DNA of 64,000 nt from a virus. Lineage: Duplodnaviria > Caudoviricetes. Location of the stretch: IMG/VR virus record IMGVR_UViG_3300005805_000078, positions 6,707 through 70,706 of that record; one strand, given 5' to 3'. Below, in pieces: positions 10,484-19,904 of the stretch (positions within the stretch are counted from its first letter, which is position 1; each line of letters starts with the position of its first letter). Below the pieces are notes generated by a model. That model had not been told where the DNA came from and did no database searches. It saw only the letters and a list, made by a program, of their open reading frames with translations. The position numbers and the translations under genes were made by a program.

Positions 10484-11193
10484 ATGTAGCATTAGTATTG
10501 ACTGGTCATTTGCGTTGCTGGGAAAAAGTATTTCGAAATACTAAACATCACATCATTGACAAGTACAATGCTGATGTTTTCATTCATACATGGGAACGCG
10601 AAGCATATTGGGATCCACATTCGGCAAAAGGTGTTACTGAAAACGGTCCCAGACTAAATGTTGATAATGTGCGTGAAGCATATCGACCAGTTAATATGCA
10701 AGTTGATAACTTCGAAGATTATGAATTGATGTTTCAGAATAGATCAAAAATCTATGAGAACTTCTATCATGTTCCTAAAAATCAGATATCGATGTGGTAC
10801 AAAGTCGGTGCTGGCGTTTCCATGGTCGAAAATCACATGCTCTTGACAGGCAAAACGTATGATCTTATAATTCGTATGCGACCGGATCTAGTTTTCAATC
10901 AGAATCTTCCCGACTTTGACCCAACAAAATTCTATACTCTTGCTTTCCGAAATCATACCGGTCAAGGAACATCCGACATGATTCAAGTTGGTAACTTCTT
11001 CACTGTCGGCTTGTTTGGTAAGATTTTGATACATCTTCCGTTCTTGTACAATGAAACTAAATTGTTATGTCCACATGTAATATCGCAACATTTCATACAG
11101 AGATTGGGTTTGCCATGGCAAGAATTCATGGTCGATAAAACAATCATGCATACACCGCTAGGTGAGTACAAACACAAAAGCTTATATCAATAA
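10480..11193 (+). CDS. Putative glycosyltransferase-like protein
   Basis: ALVLTGHLR, DVFIHTW, YDLIIRMRPD; paralogous to 11639-12370. Confidence 0.6.
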   Translation: MNVALVLTGHLRCWEKVFRNTKHHIIDKYNADVFIHTWEREAYWDPHSAKGVTENGPRLNVDNVREAYRPVNMQVDNFEDYELMFQNRSKIYENFYHVPKNQISMWYKVGAGVSMVENHMLLTGKTYDLIIRMRPDLVFNQNLPDFDPTKFYTLAFRNHTGQGTSDMIQVGNFFTVGLFGKILIHLPFLYNETKLLCPHVISQHFIQRLGLPWQEFMVDKTIMHTPLGEYKHKSLYQ

Positions 11194-11208
11194 CAAGGAG
11201 TTTTCGTT

Positions 11209-11721
11209 ATGTTCTATATTGCACATAGAGGTTTGATTGACGGTCCGAATGAAGCACTGGAAAATAATCCGGAGCATATCCTTCACGTTACACAAGAACT
11301 ATATTACGATTGTGAAGTCGATGTGCGTCTGATTAAAAATGAATGGTGGATCGGGCACGATGAACCGCAATATAAAGTTGATGAGTCATTCATTGGTAAA
11401 AAGGGTCTTTGGTTGCATTGTAAAAATCTAGATGCACTCTATGAATTGTCAAGTAGAAATTTACACTATGAATTTTTCTGGCATCAAGAAGACGATTTCA
11501 CTCTCACTTCTGGCGGATACATATGGACTTATCCAGGCAAACATCTGACAGCAAACTCAATTGCTGTTGTGCCTGAATCATGTGACAATTATTGGGACTA
11601 CGTTAAATCATTAAATTTACAAGGTGTTTGTACGAAATATGTCAAAAAGTTCATCGCTGAAACTAGCACTATGCATGTCGGGACAACCGAGAAGTTACAG
11701 GAAGGCTTATCATTTTATTAA
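11209..11721 (+). CDS. Glycerophosphodiester phosphodiesterase/PI-PLC-like protein
   Basis: IAHRG, EN, CEVDV, GHDEPQY, LWLHCKN, FFWHQEDD. Confidence 0.72.
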   Translation: MFYIAHRGLIDGPNEALENNPEHILHVTQELYYDCEVDVRLIKNEWWIGHDEPQYKVDESFIGKKGLWLHCKNLDALYELSSRNLHYEFFWHQEDDFTLTSGGYIWTYPGKHLTANSIAVVPESCDNYWDYVKSLNLQGVCTKYVKKFIAETSTMHVGTTEKLQEGLSFY

Positions 11722-12370
11722 AAACAATTTACTTGATCGTTATGATGTTGACGTTTTCGCACACGCTTGGCGTCCAGACGGTGCAAATCTGGGTGTATAC
11801 GTAGACATACAAAATCTGTACAAACCTAGTAGTTTCATAACAGAAGAAAAATTACCTGAAGATGCAAACTCTGATTTACATGTACCGAATGCATCCCATC
11901 CGGCTAATTTTTGTACGTCAATGTTCTATTCGATTTATCGTGCAAATGATTTTAGAGTTAAGAGAGAGACAACATTAAACAAAAAATATGACTTCGTAAT
12001 TAGATGCCGATATGACTTCGCACTGAACAAAAAAATTGTTTTTGAAGAACTGGAAAAAGGTAAAATTTACGTTTCAAAAGATACAGATGGACCAAACCCT
12101 CTACTAAACGATCAATTTGCAATTGGCGATTCAGAGTCGATGAACATCTATTCATCGACTTTTTTGTTTTTAAGATGGCACTATTTAAATCACAATGTCC
12201 AACTGTGTGGGCATTCGATGCTCGAAGCACAATTAAAACATTTCAATATACCAGTTGAGAGAATAGATTTGAATCATCCGTTTGTTGATGGTAAATATAA
12301 TATCGGAAAACACTCAATTATTCGTGATGATATGGATAAATGGATTGATATTAAAATCTGGGGTTACTAA
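11639..12370 (+). CDS. Putative glycosyltransferase-like protein
   Basis: LALCMSGQPR, DVFAHAW, YDFVIRCRYD, NDQFAIG. Confidence 0.6.
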   Translation: MSKSSSLKLALCMSGQPRSYRKAYHFIKNNLLDRYDVDVFAHAWRPDGANLGVYVDIQNLYKPSSFITEEKLPEDANSDLHVPNASHPANFCTSMFYSIYRANDFRVKRETTLNKKYDFVIRCRYDFALNKKIVFEELEKGKIYVSKDTDGPNPLLNDQFAIGDSESMNIYSSTFLFLRWHYLNHNVQLCGHSMLEAQLKHFNIPVERIDLNHPFVDGKYNIGKHSIIRDDMDKWIDIKIWGY

Positions 12371-12373
12371 ATA
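12366..12373 (+). promoter_or_regulatory. Late-promoter-like ACTAAATA
   Basis: Near-consensus motif upstream of the capsid-targeting-signal gene block. Confidence 0.45.
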
Positions 12374-12408
12374 CTTCCTAGTCACAGTGTACTAAATTCG
12401 GGGAGTAT

Positions 12409-13581
12409 ATGAAATCTTTTTTGAATTATTTGATAGAACAATATGATGAAGAAAGTGGCGCCAGTCGTCAAATAAAACATCTATCGCAAATAGAAGACAA
12501 ACCTTTTCACACAGGTGAGAAAGGCGCATTACATTCGATTAAAGCACTCTCTGATGTAGCAACACATATTCTCAATGGTGAAAAGACTTCACAATTAAAA
12601 ACAAAATATGATGGTTCACCATCAATTGTATATGGCTATCATCCGGAGAAGAAAAAGTTTTTTGTGGCAGAAAAAGGTGCATTCAATAAAACACCTAAAA
12701 TAAACTACACACCACAAGATGTTGAAAAAAATCACGGTCACACACCAGAACTAGCATCTAAACTTAAAGATGCTCTCTTACACCTACCTAAGATTGCGCC
12801 GAAAGAAGGCGTATATCAAGGTGATATTTTGTTTACTGATGGTGATAAGAAAGTTAAGAATGATTCCGTGTCTTTTAAATCTGGTTCTCCTGGCATTAAA
12901 TATATTGCCAATGGTTCAAACGCCGATAAAGCAAAAAAATCAAAAATTGGCATCGTAACACACGTATCTTATCAGGGTAATAATGCTGGAAGCTTAAATG
13001 CTTCTCATGAAGTGGATCATGAGAATTTCGGCACACACAAAGATGTAATGCATGTTGATCCGAGAATGGACACAGCAAAAGTACATTTTGGACCAAAGTA
13101 CCGCGCAGAATTTAATAAACAATTGAGTGATGCTAAAAAGATGCATGATACACACGGTAATCAAATGTATGATGGCACTTCCGATCACCATGGTGTAAAA
13201 GGTGATTTGCAAAATTTTATAACACATTCTTCCGATAATGGTATTGAATTGAATCATTCTAATTTTAGAAAATGGTTAGAACAATACAAAAATAAAGAAC
13301 TTGGAAAAATAAAGAACGAGAAGAATAAACCGAAAGCGCAAGAAGAATTAAAAAATGAATTGTCTAAATTAGATAGGAATAAGAGACATTATGACAATTT
13401 ATTTAAAATGCATAAACATCTACAAAAAGCAAAGGACGTTTTAGTTGACGTACTAGATCAACATCAAGAGTTTCAACATGAACATTTCGGAGAAACAAAA
13501 TCACCTGAAGGTTATATTTTTCATAATGGTAAAAATGGTGATTTGTTTTCGAAAAGAAAATTAACAGGAAGAAATACATAA
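12409..13581 (+). CDS. DUF6267-like protein with ligase-like KxDG motif and CTS-like N-terminus
   Basis: MKSFLNYLIE start; KYDGSPS, YQGDILF, PEGYIF. Confidence 0.6.
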   Translation: MKSFLNYLIEQYDEESGASRQIKHLSQIEDKPFHTGEKGALHSIKALSDVATHILNGEKTSQLKTKYDGSPSIVYGYHPEKKKFFVAEKGAFNKTPKINYTPQDVEKNHGHTPELASKLKDALLHLPKIAPKEGVYQGDILFTDGDKKVKNDSVSFKSGSPGIKYIANGSNADKAKKSKIGIVTHVSYQGNNAGSLNASHEVDHENFGTHKDVMHVDPRMDTAKVHFGPKYRAEFNKQLSDAKKMHDTHGNQMYDGTSDHHGVKGDLQNFITHSSDNGIELNHSNFRKWLEQYKNKELGKIKNEKNKPKAQEELKNELSKLDRNKRHYDNLFKMHKHLQKAKDVLVDVLDQHQEFQHEHFGETKSPEGYIFHNGKNGDLFSKRKLTGRNT

Positions 13582-13582
13582 A

Positions 13583-15508
13583 ATGAAAAGATTTCTACAG
13601 AAACTCGTTGAAGAAGCACAAACAGAGAATCCAGTAGTAATGGCATTCGCTAAAATGAATCCACCAACGTCTGCACATGAAAAATTAGTCAATAAAGTTA
13701 AAGAAATCGCTAGAGATTATAAAGCGCCTTATTACTTAATACTTTCACACTCAAATGATTCTAAAAAAAATCCGTTAGATTCGAAAACTAAATTAAAACA
13801 CGCTAAAAGATTTTTTCCAGATACTAACATAGATGTGACGAATAAACAATTATCAACATTTTTACATCAGGCACAAAAGTTAAATGCGATGGGTCATGAT
13901 CACTTAATAATGGTTGCTGCATCTGATCGTTTAGAAGAATATGAGGATCTTCTAAATCAATATAACGGCGCAAACAATGATGATCCGAAAGCAATGTTTC
14001 ATTTTAAAAGAATTGAAGTGAAATCTTTTGGAAATAAAGATCCTGATTCTGATAGTTTGGATACTATAGAACACGCTAAAAATAATAATTTTCAAGAATT
14101 TAAGAAAACTACACCTTCACATGTGTCAGAAAAACACTCAAAAGAACTTTTCGACAATATTCGTTCCGGAATGGGTATTCAAGACACTGCATTAAATCGC
14201 GAAGATGTCAATCAAAAATTCAAAGCATTTTTCATTTGTGGTGGTCCAGGTTCTGGTAAAGATATAATTATTCGCGAATGTTTCGGTGAAAACATCACCG
14301 AAATTAATAGTACAGTTGCGTTGAATATACTGAATGATAAGCATAACTTTTCTGAGAGAAGTAGTGATCTAAGAAAAGAATCAATTCGAAATAGAAAGCC
14401 ATTACTCATCAACAGTAGTATTCAAGACGAATATTCAATTTATGCTATCAAAGAAGAATTAGAAGAACTCGGCTATGAAACAATGATGATATTTGTTAAT
14501 ACGACAAATGAGTCTTCTAAAGAAAGAAATTCAAAATTGGAAAGAATGCTATCCGAATCTGTAAGATTTGAGAGATGGCAAAACACTCAAAAATGTTTAG
14601 ATAACTTTAAAAATCAGTTTGATGCTTTATTTGAGTATGATAATTCATTGAATTTAAATGATGCAAGTTACGTACAAAAAGTTAAAAAAGAAGAAGAAAT
14701 ATCTTCGATCTATGAAATGATAAATGTCTTTTTAGATGTACCAATTAAAAACAAAAATGCAGAACATTGGTTAATCAGAAACACTGATTTCAGAAAAGAC
14801 TCTTTATTTGAAAATTATCTAAACAAAAAACTAAAGGAGAATAATAATGAGCATTATCAAAAAAATAGCAGCACTCTTTCAGAAAAAACCTGCACAAGTT
14901 GTGGAGGAAAAACCACACGCACTGGATGGCTCCCTGAGAGTAGCAGAAGAAAGGGCGGAAAAGTTAGAGTCTTCGATAACATCTGTCCAAGTTGCCAAGT
15001 TAGAGCAAAAGAAGGAAGAGCCGACGATGTTAGAGACGGTGACATCGCCTCAAATACAAAATACACCTTCAGAACCTACCACGAAGGCGCCAGCACCAAA
15101 GAAGAAAAAGTATTACCCACCAAAACACAATACAACATCGAACCCAAAGAAACAAGATTTCAGCAAGACGCAGACAAGCAAAGAGCAAAAAAGCAAAAAA
15201 CGCAACAAATCGGCCAACCAGGGAAATACATGAGTGTTGATGGTGTATCGTCAACATACGATACTAGAGGCTCAGGAACTGTTTACCCAATGTCAGGTCT
15301 CGGTCAAGTAACTTATAGAGAACAGAAGGAAAATAAATACTCTAAATCATTCAAAAAATTTAGAGAAGCGATTGATTCACCTTCAGTTGAGATGGGTGTA
15401 ACAGGTGGTGAATACGGACCTTCGAACAAAGAACCTATGCAAACCCAAGCTGATGTTGTGTTGAATAAAGTTTCAAATAAAGTAAAACTAAAGAAAAAAA
15501 CAGGATGA
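13583..15508 (+). CDS. Cytidylyltransferase-like (HIGH) domain fused to a P-loop kinase-like domain, CTS-like N-terminus
   Basis: MKRFLQKLVEE; FAKMNPPTSAHEKL, KNPL, SDR; FICGGPGSGKD. Confidence 0.7.
   Translation: MKRFLQKLVEEAQTENPVVMAFAKMNPPTSAHEKLVNKVKEIARDYKAPYYLILSHSNDSKKNPLDSKTKLKHAKRFFPDTNIDVTNKQLSTFLHQAQKLNAMGHDHLIMVAASDRLEEYEDLLNQYNGANNDDPKAMFHFKRIEVKSFGNKDPDSDSLDTIEHAKNNNFQEFKKTTPSHVSEKHSKELFDNIRSGMGIQDTALNREDVNQKFKAFFICGGPGSGKDIIIRECFGENITEINSTVALNILNDKHNFSERSSDLRKESIRNRKPLLINSSIQDEYSIYAIKEELEELGYETMMIFVNTTNESSKERNSKLERMLSESVRFERWQNTQKCLDNFKNQFDALFEYDNSLNLNDASYVQKVKKEEEISSIYEMINVFLDVPIKNKNAEHWLIRNTDFRKDSLFENYLNKKLKENNNEHYQKNSSTLSEKTCTSCGGKTTRTGWLPESSRRKGGKVRVFDNICPSCQVRAKEGRADDVRDGDIASNTKYTFRTYHEGASTKEEKVLPTKTQYNIEPKETRFQQDADKQRAKKQKTQQIGQPGKYMSVDGVSSTYDTRGSGTVYPMSGLGQVTYREQKENKYSKSFKKFREAIDSPSVEMGVTGGEYGPSNKEPMQTQADVVLNKVSNKVKLKKKTG
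14847..15233 (+). CDS. Candidate overprinted protein nested in the +1 frame of 13583-15508
   Basis: Strong SD AAGGAG with 8-nt spacing; 128 open codons, K/P/E-rich. Confidence 0.45.
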   Translation: MSIIKKIAALFQKKPAQVVEEKPHALDGSLRVAEERAEKLESSITSVQVAKLEQKKEEPTMLETVTSPQIQNTPSEPTTKAPAPKKKKYYPPKHNTTSNPKKQDFSKTQTSKEQKSKKRNKSANQGNT

Positions 15509-15717
15509 AATCTTTTCTACAATACAGCAAAGAAGTTGAAAAACAAGAATTCATAAGGCAAATGAATCGTTTTTATGAAATGGCTAACAAAAGCCGAGAA
15601 ACTGCTGAGTCTTTAAAAGCCATTGGTGATAATGATGGCTATTTAACTTTTATGGCAAAAGAATATCATCAAAGAACACAAGGTGACATTTTAAAGAAAG
15701 CATTGGGAGAACAATAA
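15505..15717 (+). CDS. Small protein with CTS-like N-terminus
   Basis: MKSFLQYSKE; ATGA coupling to the upstream gene. Confidence 0.7.
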   Translation: MKSFLQYSKEVEKQEFIRQMNRFYEMANKSRETAESLKAIGDNDGYLTFMAKEYHQRTQGDILKKALGEQ

Positions 15718-16481
15718 TGTTAAGATTCAAACAATACATTAATGAAGCAAAAAGTGAACCTCACTACACGGATGAAAGAGGTAATAAGTATCATTATGGT
15801 TCTTCTGGTTACGTTTCAGTCACAAATAAAAGTGGCATAGATCAGGGTCTTCAACATATCAGCAATATGTCTGATGTGCATAAGAAAAATTATGAAAAAG
15901 TTCACGGCATGTCTGCAAGCAAAACAAATGAAGAAGTTAGACAGGATGTTGGACCGGATGTTGAAGCTAAAAGAAAGCATAGACTTTCATCGCTAATGAC
16001 TCCAGGTGATCGTTTAAGTGAACCTGATAATGTAACTAAAATAAGGCATCACCTTCTAAAACAACCAGAAACAAAAAAAGCTACACAAGATATTCTTAAA
16101 ACCACGATTAAAGATAGATTGGGTAAAAGTGATTTATATTCAAAATCTATTCATGCCAAAAAATCTAGACTACCTGAAGAAATTGAACATGATGTAACTG
16201 AAGGTTTAGACGAAGCAAGTGCTGCATGGCAAAGAAAAGAAGGTAAAAATCCGTCTGGTGGTCTAAACAGAAAGGGTATTGCTTCGTATCGCCGTGAAAA
16301 TCCAGGTTCTAAACTTTCGATGGCAGTAACTACAAAGCCATCGAAGTTGAAAAAAGGTTCTAAGGCATGGAATAGACGCAAGTCATTCTGTGCGAGAATG
16401 GGTGGAATGCCAGGCCCAATGAAGGACGAAAAGGGCAGACCAACAAGAAAAGCACTATCACTACGCAAATGGAATTGCTAA
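15717..16481 (+). CDS. Modular putative internal head protein with DUF6321-like C-terminal module
   Basis: MLRFKQYINE; LDE followed by AAWQRKEGKNPSGGLN...RRKSFCARM. Confidence 0.7.
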   Translation: MLRFKQYINEAKSEPHYTDERGNKYHYGSSGYVSVTNKSGIDQGLQHISNMSDVHKKNYEKVHGMSASKTNEEVRQDVGPDVEAKRKHRLSSLMTPGDRLSEPDNVTKIRHHLLKQPETKKATQDILKTTIKDRLGKSDLYSKSIHAKKSRLPEEIEHDVTEGLDEASAAWQRKEGKNPSGGLNRKGIASYRRENPGSKLSMAVTTKPSKLKKGSKAWNRRKSFCARMGGMPGPMKDEKGRPTRKALSLRKWNC

Positions 16482-16495
16482 TTAAGGGGTAATAA

Positions 16496-18196
16496 ATGTT
16501 TACAAAAAATATCTTTACAAATAAAGATGGTATTGCTGACCTTGTTGGCAATATCCTAGAAGCTGATTACAAAAATAAAATGGAAGAGTTGAAAGGTAAT
16601 CAACACAAAATCGATAAGAATAAAAATAACAAAATCGATGCTCACGATTTCAAAATTCTTCGCGGCGAAAAAAGCGCACAAAAAGAAGAAGTTGATCCAA
16701 CTGACACAACTACAGATACACTAAGAGGACGTGAAAAAACTTCAAAGAATCCTATGCTTTCAAAGAAAGTGATGATGGATGTTCCGGATAATGTGAAAGA
16801 AGAAGTTGTAGAAGAAGATAAAAACAAAGAATCTCCAAAAGAATTTAAGGCGAGAATGAATCGCTTATCTCAACCCAATGATACTACGGGGTCCACATGG
16901 CTGAAAGATCCGAGACGCCAGGCATTTTTAGATAAAATTCCCGGATATAAGGATGCTATGGCTTTAGCTCACAAAACTACAAATAAAGGCGTGAAAGAAG
17001 AGGCCGAGCAGATCGATGAATTAAAGAAGTCAACTCTCGGTTCATATATTTCAAAAGCATCGCGTGATGCTGCATCAACGTGGCGCCGCGCTAAAAATGC
17101 AGAAACACCAACTTCTGACAAGTTTAAAGCTAAAACAAGATCACGCCTTGCTGGAATTGATAAAGCTGTTGGTCGTTTGGCGAAAGAAGAGGCCGAACAG
17201 GTTGATGAAGAACAATTAAATGAATTGTCTCCAGATACTTTAAACAGATATATGAAAGCTGCTAAAAAAGATATAAACAAAAATAAACCATCAATGGATG
17301 CGGCTCCAGGTTCAAAGAGATTGTTTAATATCAACAAGAGAGTTTCTGGTTATAGAAAAGCATGGGCTAAGAGAGACGATAAAGAATCGAGTCAAGCAAA
17401 TACAAATAGCATGAATGTTCGTAAAGAAGAAACTGAACCGGAACAGATTGATGAATTAAAAAAGTCAACTTTGACAAGTTATGCTACTAAAGCAAGAGCG
17501 CATGGTGAAAAGTTGAGCAGAGAAGGTGAAGCTGCAATGAAAAGAACGTCACCTAAGTCATTGAATACAGCATATCAAAAATTTAGAAAAGCCACATTAA
17601 GACATCTAGGCGCTTCAACTGCTGAAAGAAAAGCCAGCATGAAAAGAGAAGATGTCGAGCAGGTTGATGAAGAACAATTGGATGAGTTATCAACAAAAAC
17701 TCTATCTAGTTATGTAAAATCTAGAGGAGCCCAACTTGTTGGTGGATATGGAGACGCGAAAAAGGTAAAAGGTATCAATAAAGCTCTAAGAAAAATCAAA
17801 CAAAAAAATGAAGATATAGAACAAGTTGACGAAGAACAATTGGATGAGTTGAAGAAGTCTACATTAGTAAGATACGCAACTAAAGCTAACAAATCATCTA
17901 TTGATTTAGGTGTTAAAGCTTCTCGCGCAAGAGATAATGATGACATGGAAACATGGGCCAAAAATAGAAATAAAGCCGAAAAGCGCGATAAAGGTATTCA
18001 AAAAGCGATGGGTAAGATTAGAAAAGAAGAAACCGAACAGATTGATGAACGCACACTAACAAAAGGTGAAACGGCAGAAAAAGAACGTATCGTCAAAGGT
18101 ATGAAGAAGTCTCTTTCTGGATTCAAAGCACGTTACGGCGATAAAGCAAAATCAGTTATGTATGCAACAGCTACAGCAAGAGCCAAGAAGGACTAA
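16496..18196 (+). CDS. Repeat polyprotein of basic modules separated by acidic EQ(I/L)DE linkers
   Basis: Five L(K/S)xxTLxxY modules, each after (I/L)(D/N)E. Confidence 0.8.
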   Translation: MFTKNIFTNKDGIADLVGNILEADYKNKMEELKGNQHKIDKNKNNKIDAHDFKILRGEKSAQKEEVDPTDTTTDTLRGREKTSKNPMLSKKVMMDVPDNVKEEVVEEDKNKESPKEFKARMNRLSQPNDTTGSTWLKDPRRQAFLDKIPGYKDAMALAHKTTNKGVKEEAEQIDELKKSTLGSYISKASRDAASTWRRAKNAETPTSDKFKAKTRSRLAGIDKAVGRLAKEEAEQVDEEQLNELSPDTLNRYMKAAKKDINKNKPSMDAAPGSKRLFNINKRVSGYRKAWAKRDDKESSQANTNSMNVRKEETEPEQIDELKKSTLTSYATKARAHGEKLSREGEAAMKRTSPKSLNTAYQKFRKATLRHLGASTAERKASMKREDVEQVDEEQLDELSTKTLSSYVKSRGAQLVGGYGDAKKVKGINKALRKIKQKNEDIEQVDEEQLDELKKSTLVRYATKANKSSIDLGVKASRARDNDDMETWAKNRNKAEKRDKGIQKAMGKIRKEETEQIDERTLTKGETAEKERIVKGMKKSLSGFKARYGDKAKSVMYATATARAKKD

Positions 18197-18197
18197 A

Positions 18198-19865
18198 ATG
18201 TCAAAAGCTTCGAAATTAGTTAAAGATATGGTGAAATCGAAGAGAGAATCTGTTATGGGTAAACTAGGCGATTCACCATATGAAGATCCTATGGAACCAT
18301 GGTCAGCAAAATATAATTCACCAGTAAAAAATGAAGAAGTTGAACAAATTGATGAAGCGGGCACCGGTCTATTGATGTCATACATTAAAGCAAAAGGTGT
18401 TGACCCTTCTATGATGGATACTAATAAGAAAAATGCATATTCTAAATCTTCAGAATACAGAATGTTTAGAAGAAATCATAGAATGAAGCAAGAAACATCT
18501 GGCATGGGTGAACGCGGCGATGACTGGAATGAAGAAAAGAAAGCGGTGAAAGAAGAAGTTGACGAAAAAGATACTGTCACCTTGGATATTCCTCTAATGA
18601 TTCGTATCGTTGAATATGCAAGAGAAGATGCAAAGACAGATATGGATTTACATCGAATTGTAGAAAATCTAATTAACCTTCGACATGAAGGTGTATTGAC
18701 AATGGATCATTATGAACAAATTGTCAACATAAAGAAAATCAAAGAAGATGTTGAAGACCTCGATGAAATGTCCGGTGCGAACATGGACACACGCGCATTA
18801 CATTCACACATCAAAAAGTTAGGTTGGAAATTATCACGAACAACTGGCAGCCATGATGTGTTTACGCATCCGCAAGCGAAACATCATATTTCTGTGCCAA
18901 GACACAGACAATTAAAAGCACCATTAGTTAAAGATTTGATTAAACAATCAAAAATAACTGAAGATGTTGAACAGATTGATGAATTGAAAAAAATGCCAGA
19001 TAACATGGATGCTGACGATCATATCACACGCGAAGATTTGCGTAAATGGTTCAGCAAAACAGATCCGGAAGGTGATTGGAAACGTATCAATTCTAAAGGT
19101 GAGGTGGCTGGTCCTTGCGCGAGAGAACCGGGTGAGCCAAAACCTAAGTGCATGTCAAAAGAAAAAAGATCACAGTTAAGTAAATCGGAAAGAGCCTCTG
19201 CTGTTGCTGCAAAGAGAAAACATGATCCTAACCCAGAAAGAAAGGGTAAGCCGATCAATGTTTCAAATTACGGCAAAGGTAAGTTAAGCGAAGATTCAAT
19301 TGATGAAGCATGTTGGGATACACATAAACAAGTCGGCGTGAAAAAGAAGGGTGGTAAAATGGTTCCAGACTGTGTGCCTAAAAATGAAGAAGTCGAACAG
19401 ATTGATGAGAAAAACAAACCCACAAATCCAAAATTGTGGTCTAGAGCCGTTTCCATGGCTCGCTCAAAGTTTTCTGTATATCCATCTGCATACGCTAATG
19501 GCTGGGCATCGAAATGGTACAAATCTAAAGGTGGCGGTTGGAAATCTGTGAAAGAAGAAGTCCTAGATGAGCAAGGTCTGGGCAATAAAGAAACATCACC
19601 GATGGCTGCAACTGATTCAGTCAAAGCAATGGAATCTTCACACAGAAGTAAACAAATGAAGTCTGCGCGAATCATCAAATCGATATACAAGAAAAAGGTT
19701 CGCGAGACAATGTATGATTGGGAAAAAGACGATAAAGGTGGTAAAACACCAAATGCAAAAATTGTTCTTACAGGCGGTAAAACCATGACAGGTAAAGATA
19801 GAGACACTGTAGAAATTGATCCCGTGCTTAGAACAAGACCTAATTTAGGTAAACCTACAGTTTAA
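18198..19865 (+). CDS. Modular polyprotein with HicA-like and DUF5872-like modules
   Basis: GWKLSRTTGSHDVFTHP..ISVPRH; NPKLWSRA...YPSAYANGW; EQIDE linkers. Confidence 0.78.
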   Translation: MSKASKLVKDMVKSKRESVMGKLGDSPYEDPMEPWSAKYNSPVKNEEVEQIDEAGTGLLMSYIKAKGVDPSMMDTNKKNAYSKSSEYRMFRRNHRMKQETSGMGERGDDWNEEKKAVKEEVDEKDTVTLDIPLMIRIVEYAREDAKTDMDLHRIVENLINLRHEGVLTMDHYEQIVNIKKIKEDVEDLDEMSGANMDTRALHSHIKKLGWKLSRTTGSHDVFTHPQAKHHISVPRHRQLKAPLVKDLIKQSKITEDVEQIDELKKMPDNMDADDHITREDLRKWFSKTDPEGDWKRINSKGEVAGPCAREPGEPKPKCMSKEKRSQLSKSERASAVAAKRKHDPNPERKGKPINVSNYGKGKLSEDSIDEACWDTHKQVGVKKKGGKMVPDCVPKNEEVEQIDEKNKPTNPKLWSRAVSMARSKFSVYPSAYANGWASKWYKSKGGGWKSVKEEVLDEQGLGNKETSPMAATDSVKAMESSHRSKQMKSARIIKSIYKKKVRETMYDWEKDDKGGKTPNAKIVLTGGKTMTGKDRDTVEIDPVLRTRPNLGKPTV

Positions 19866-19904
19866 TAAATAATAAATAAATTTCTTTCATAGGAGAAAAT
19901 ACAA

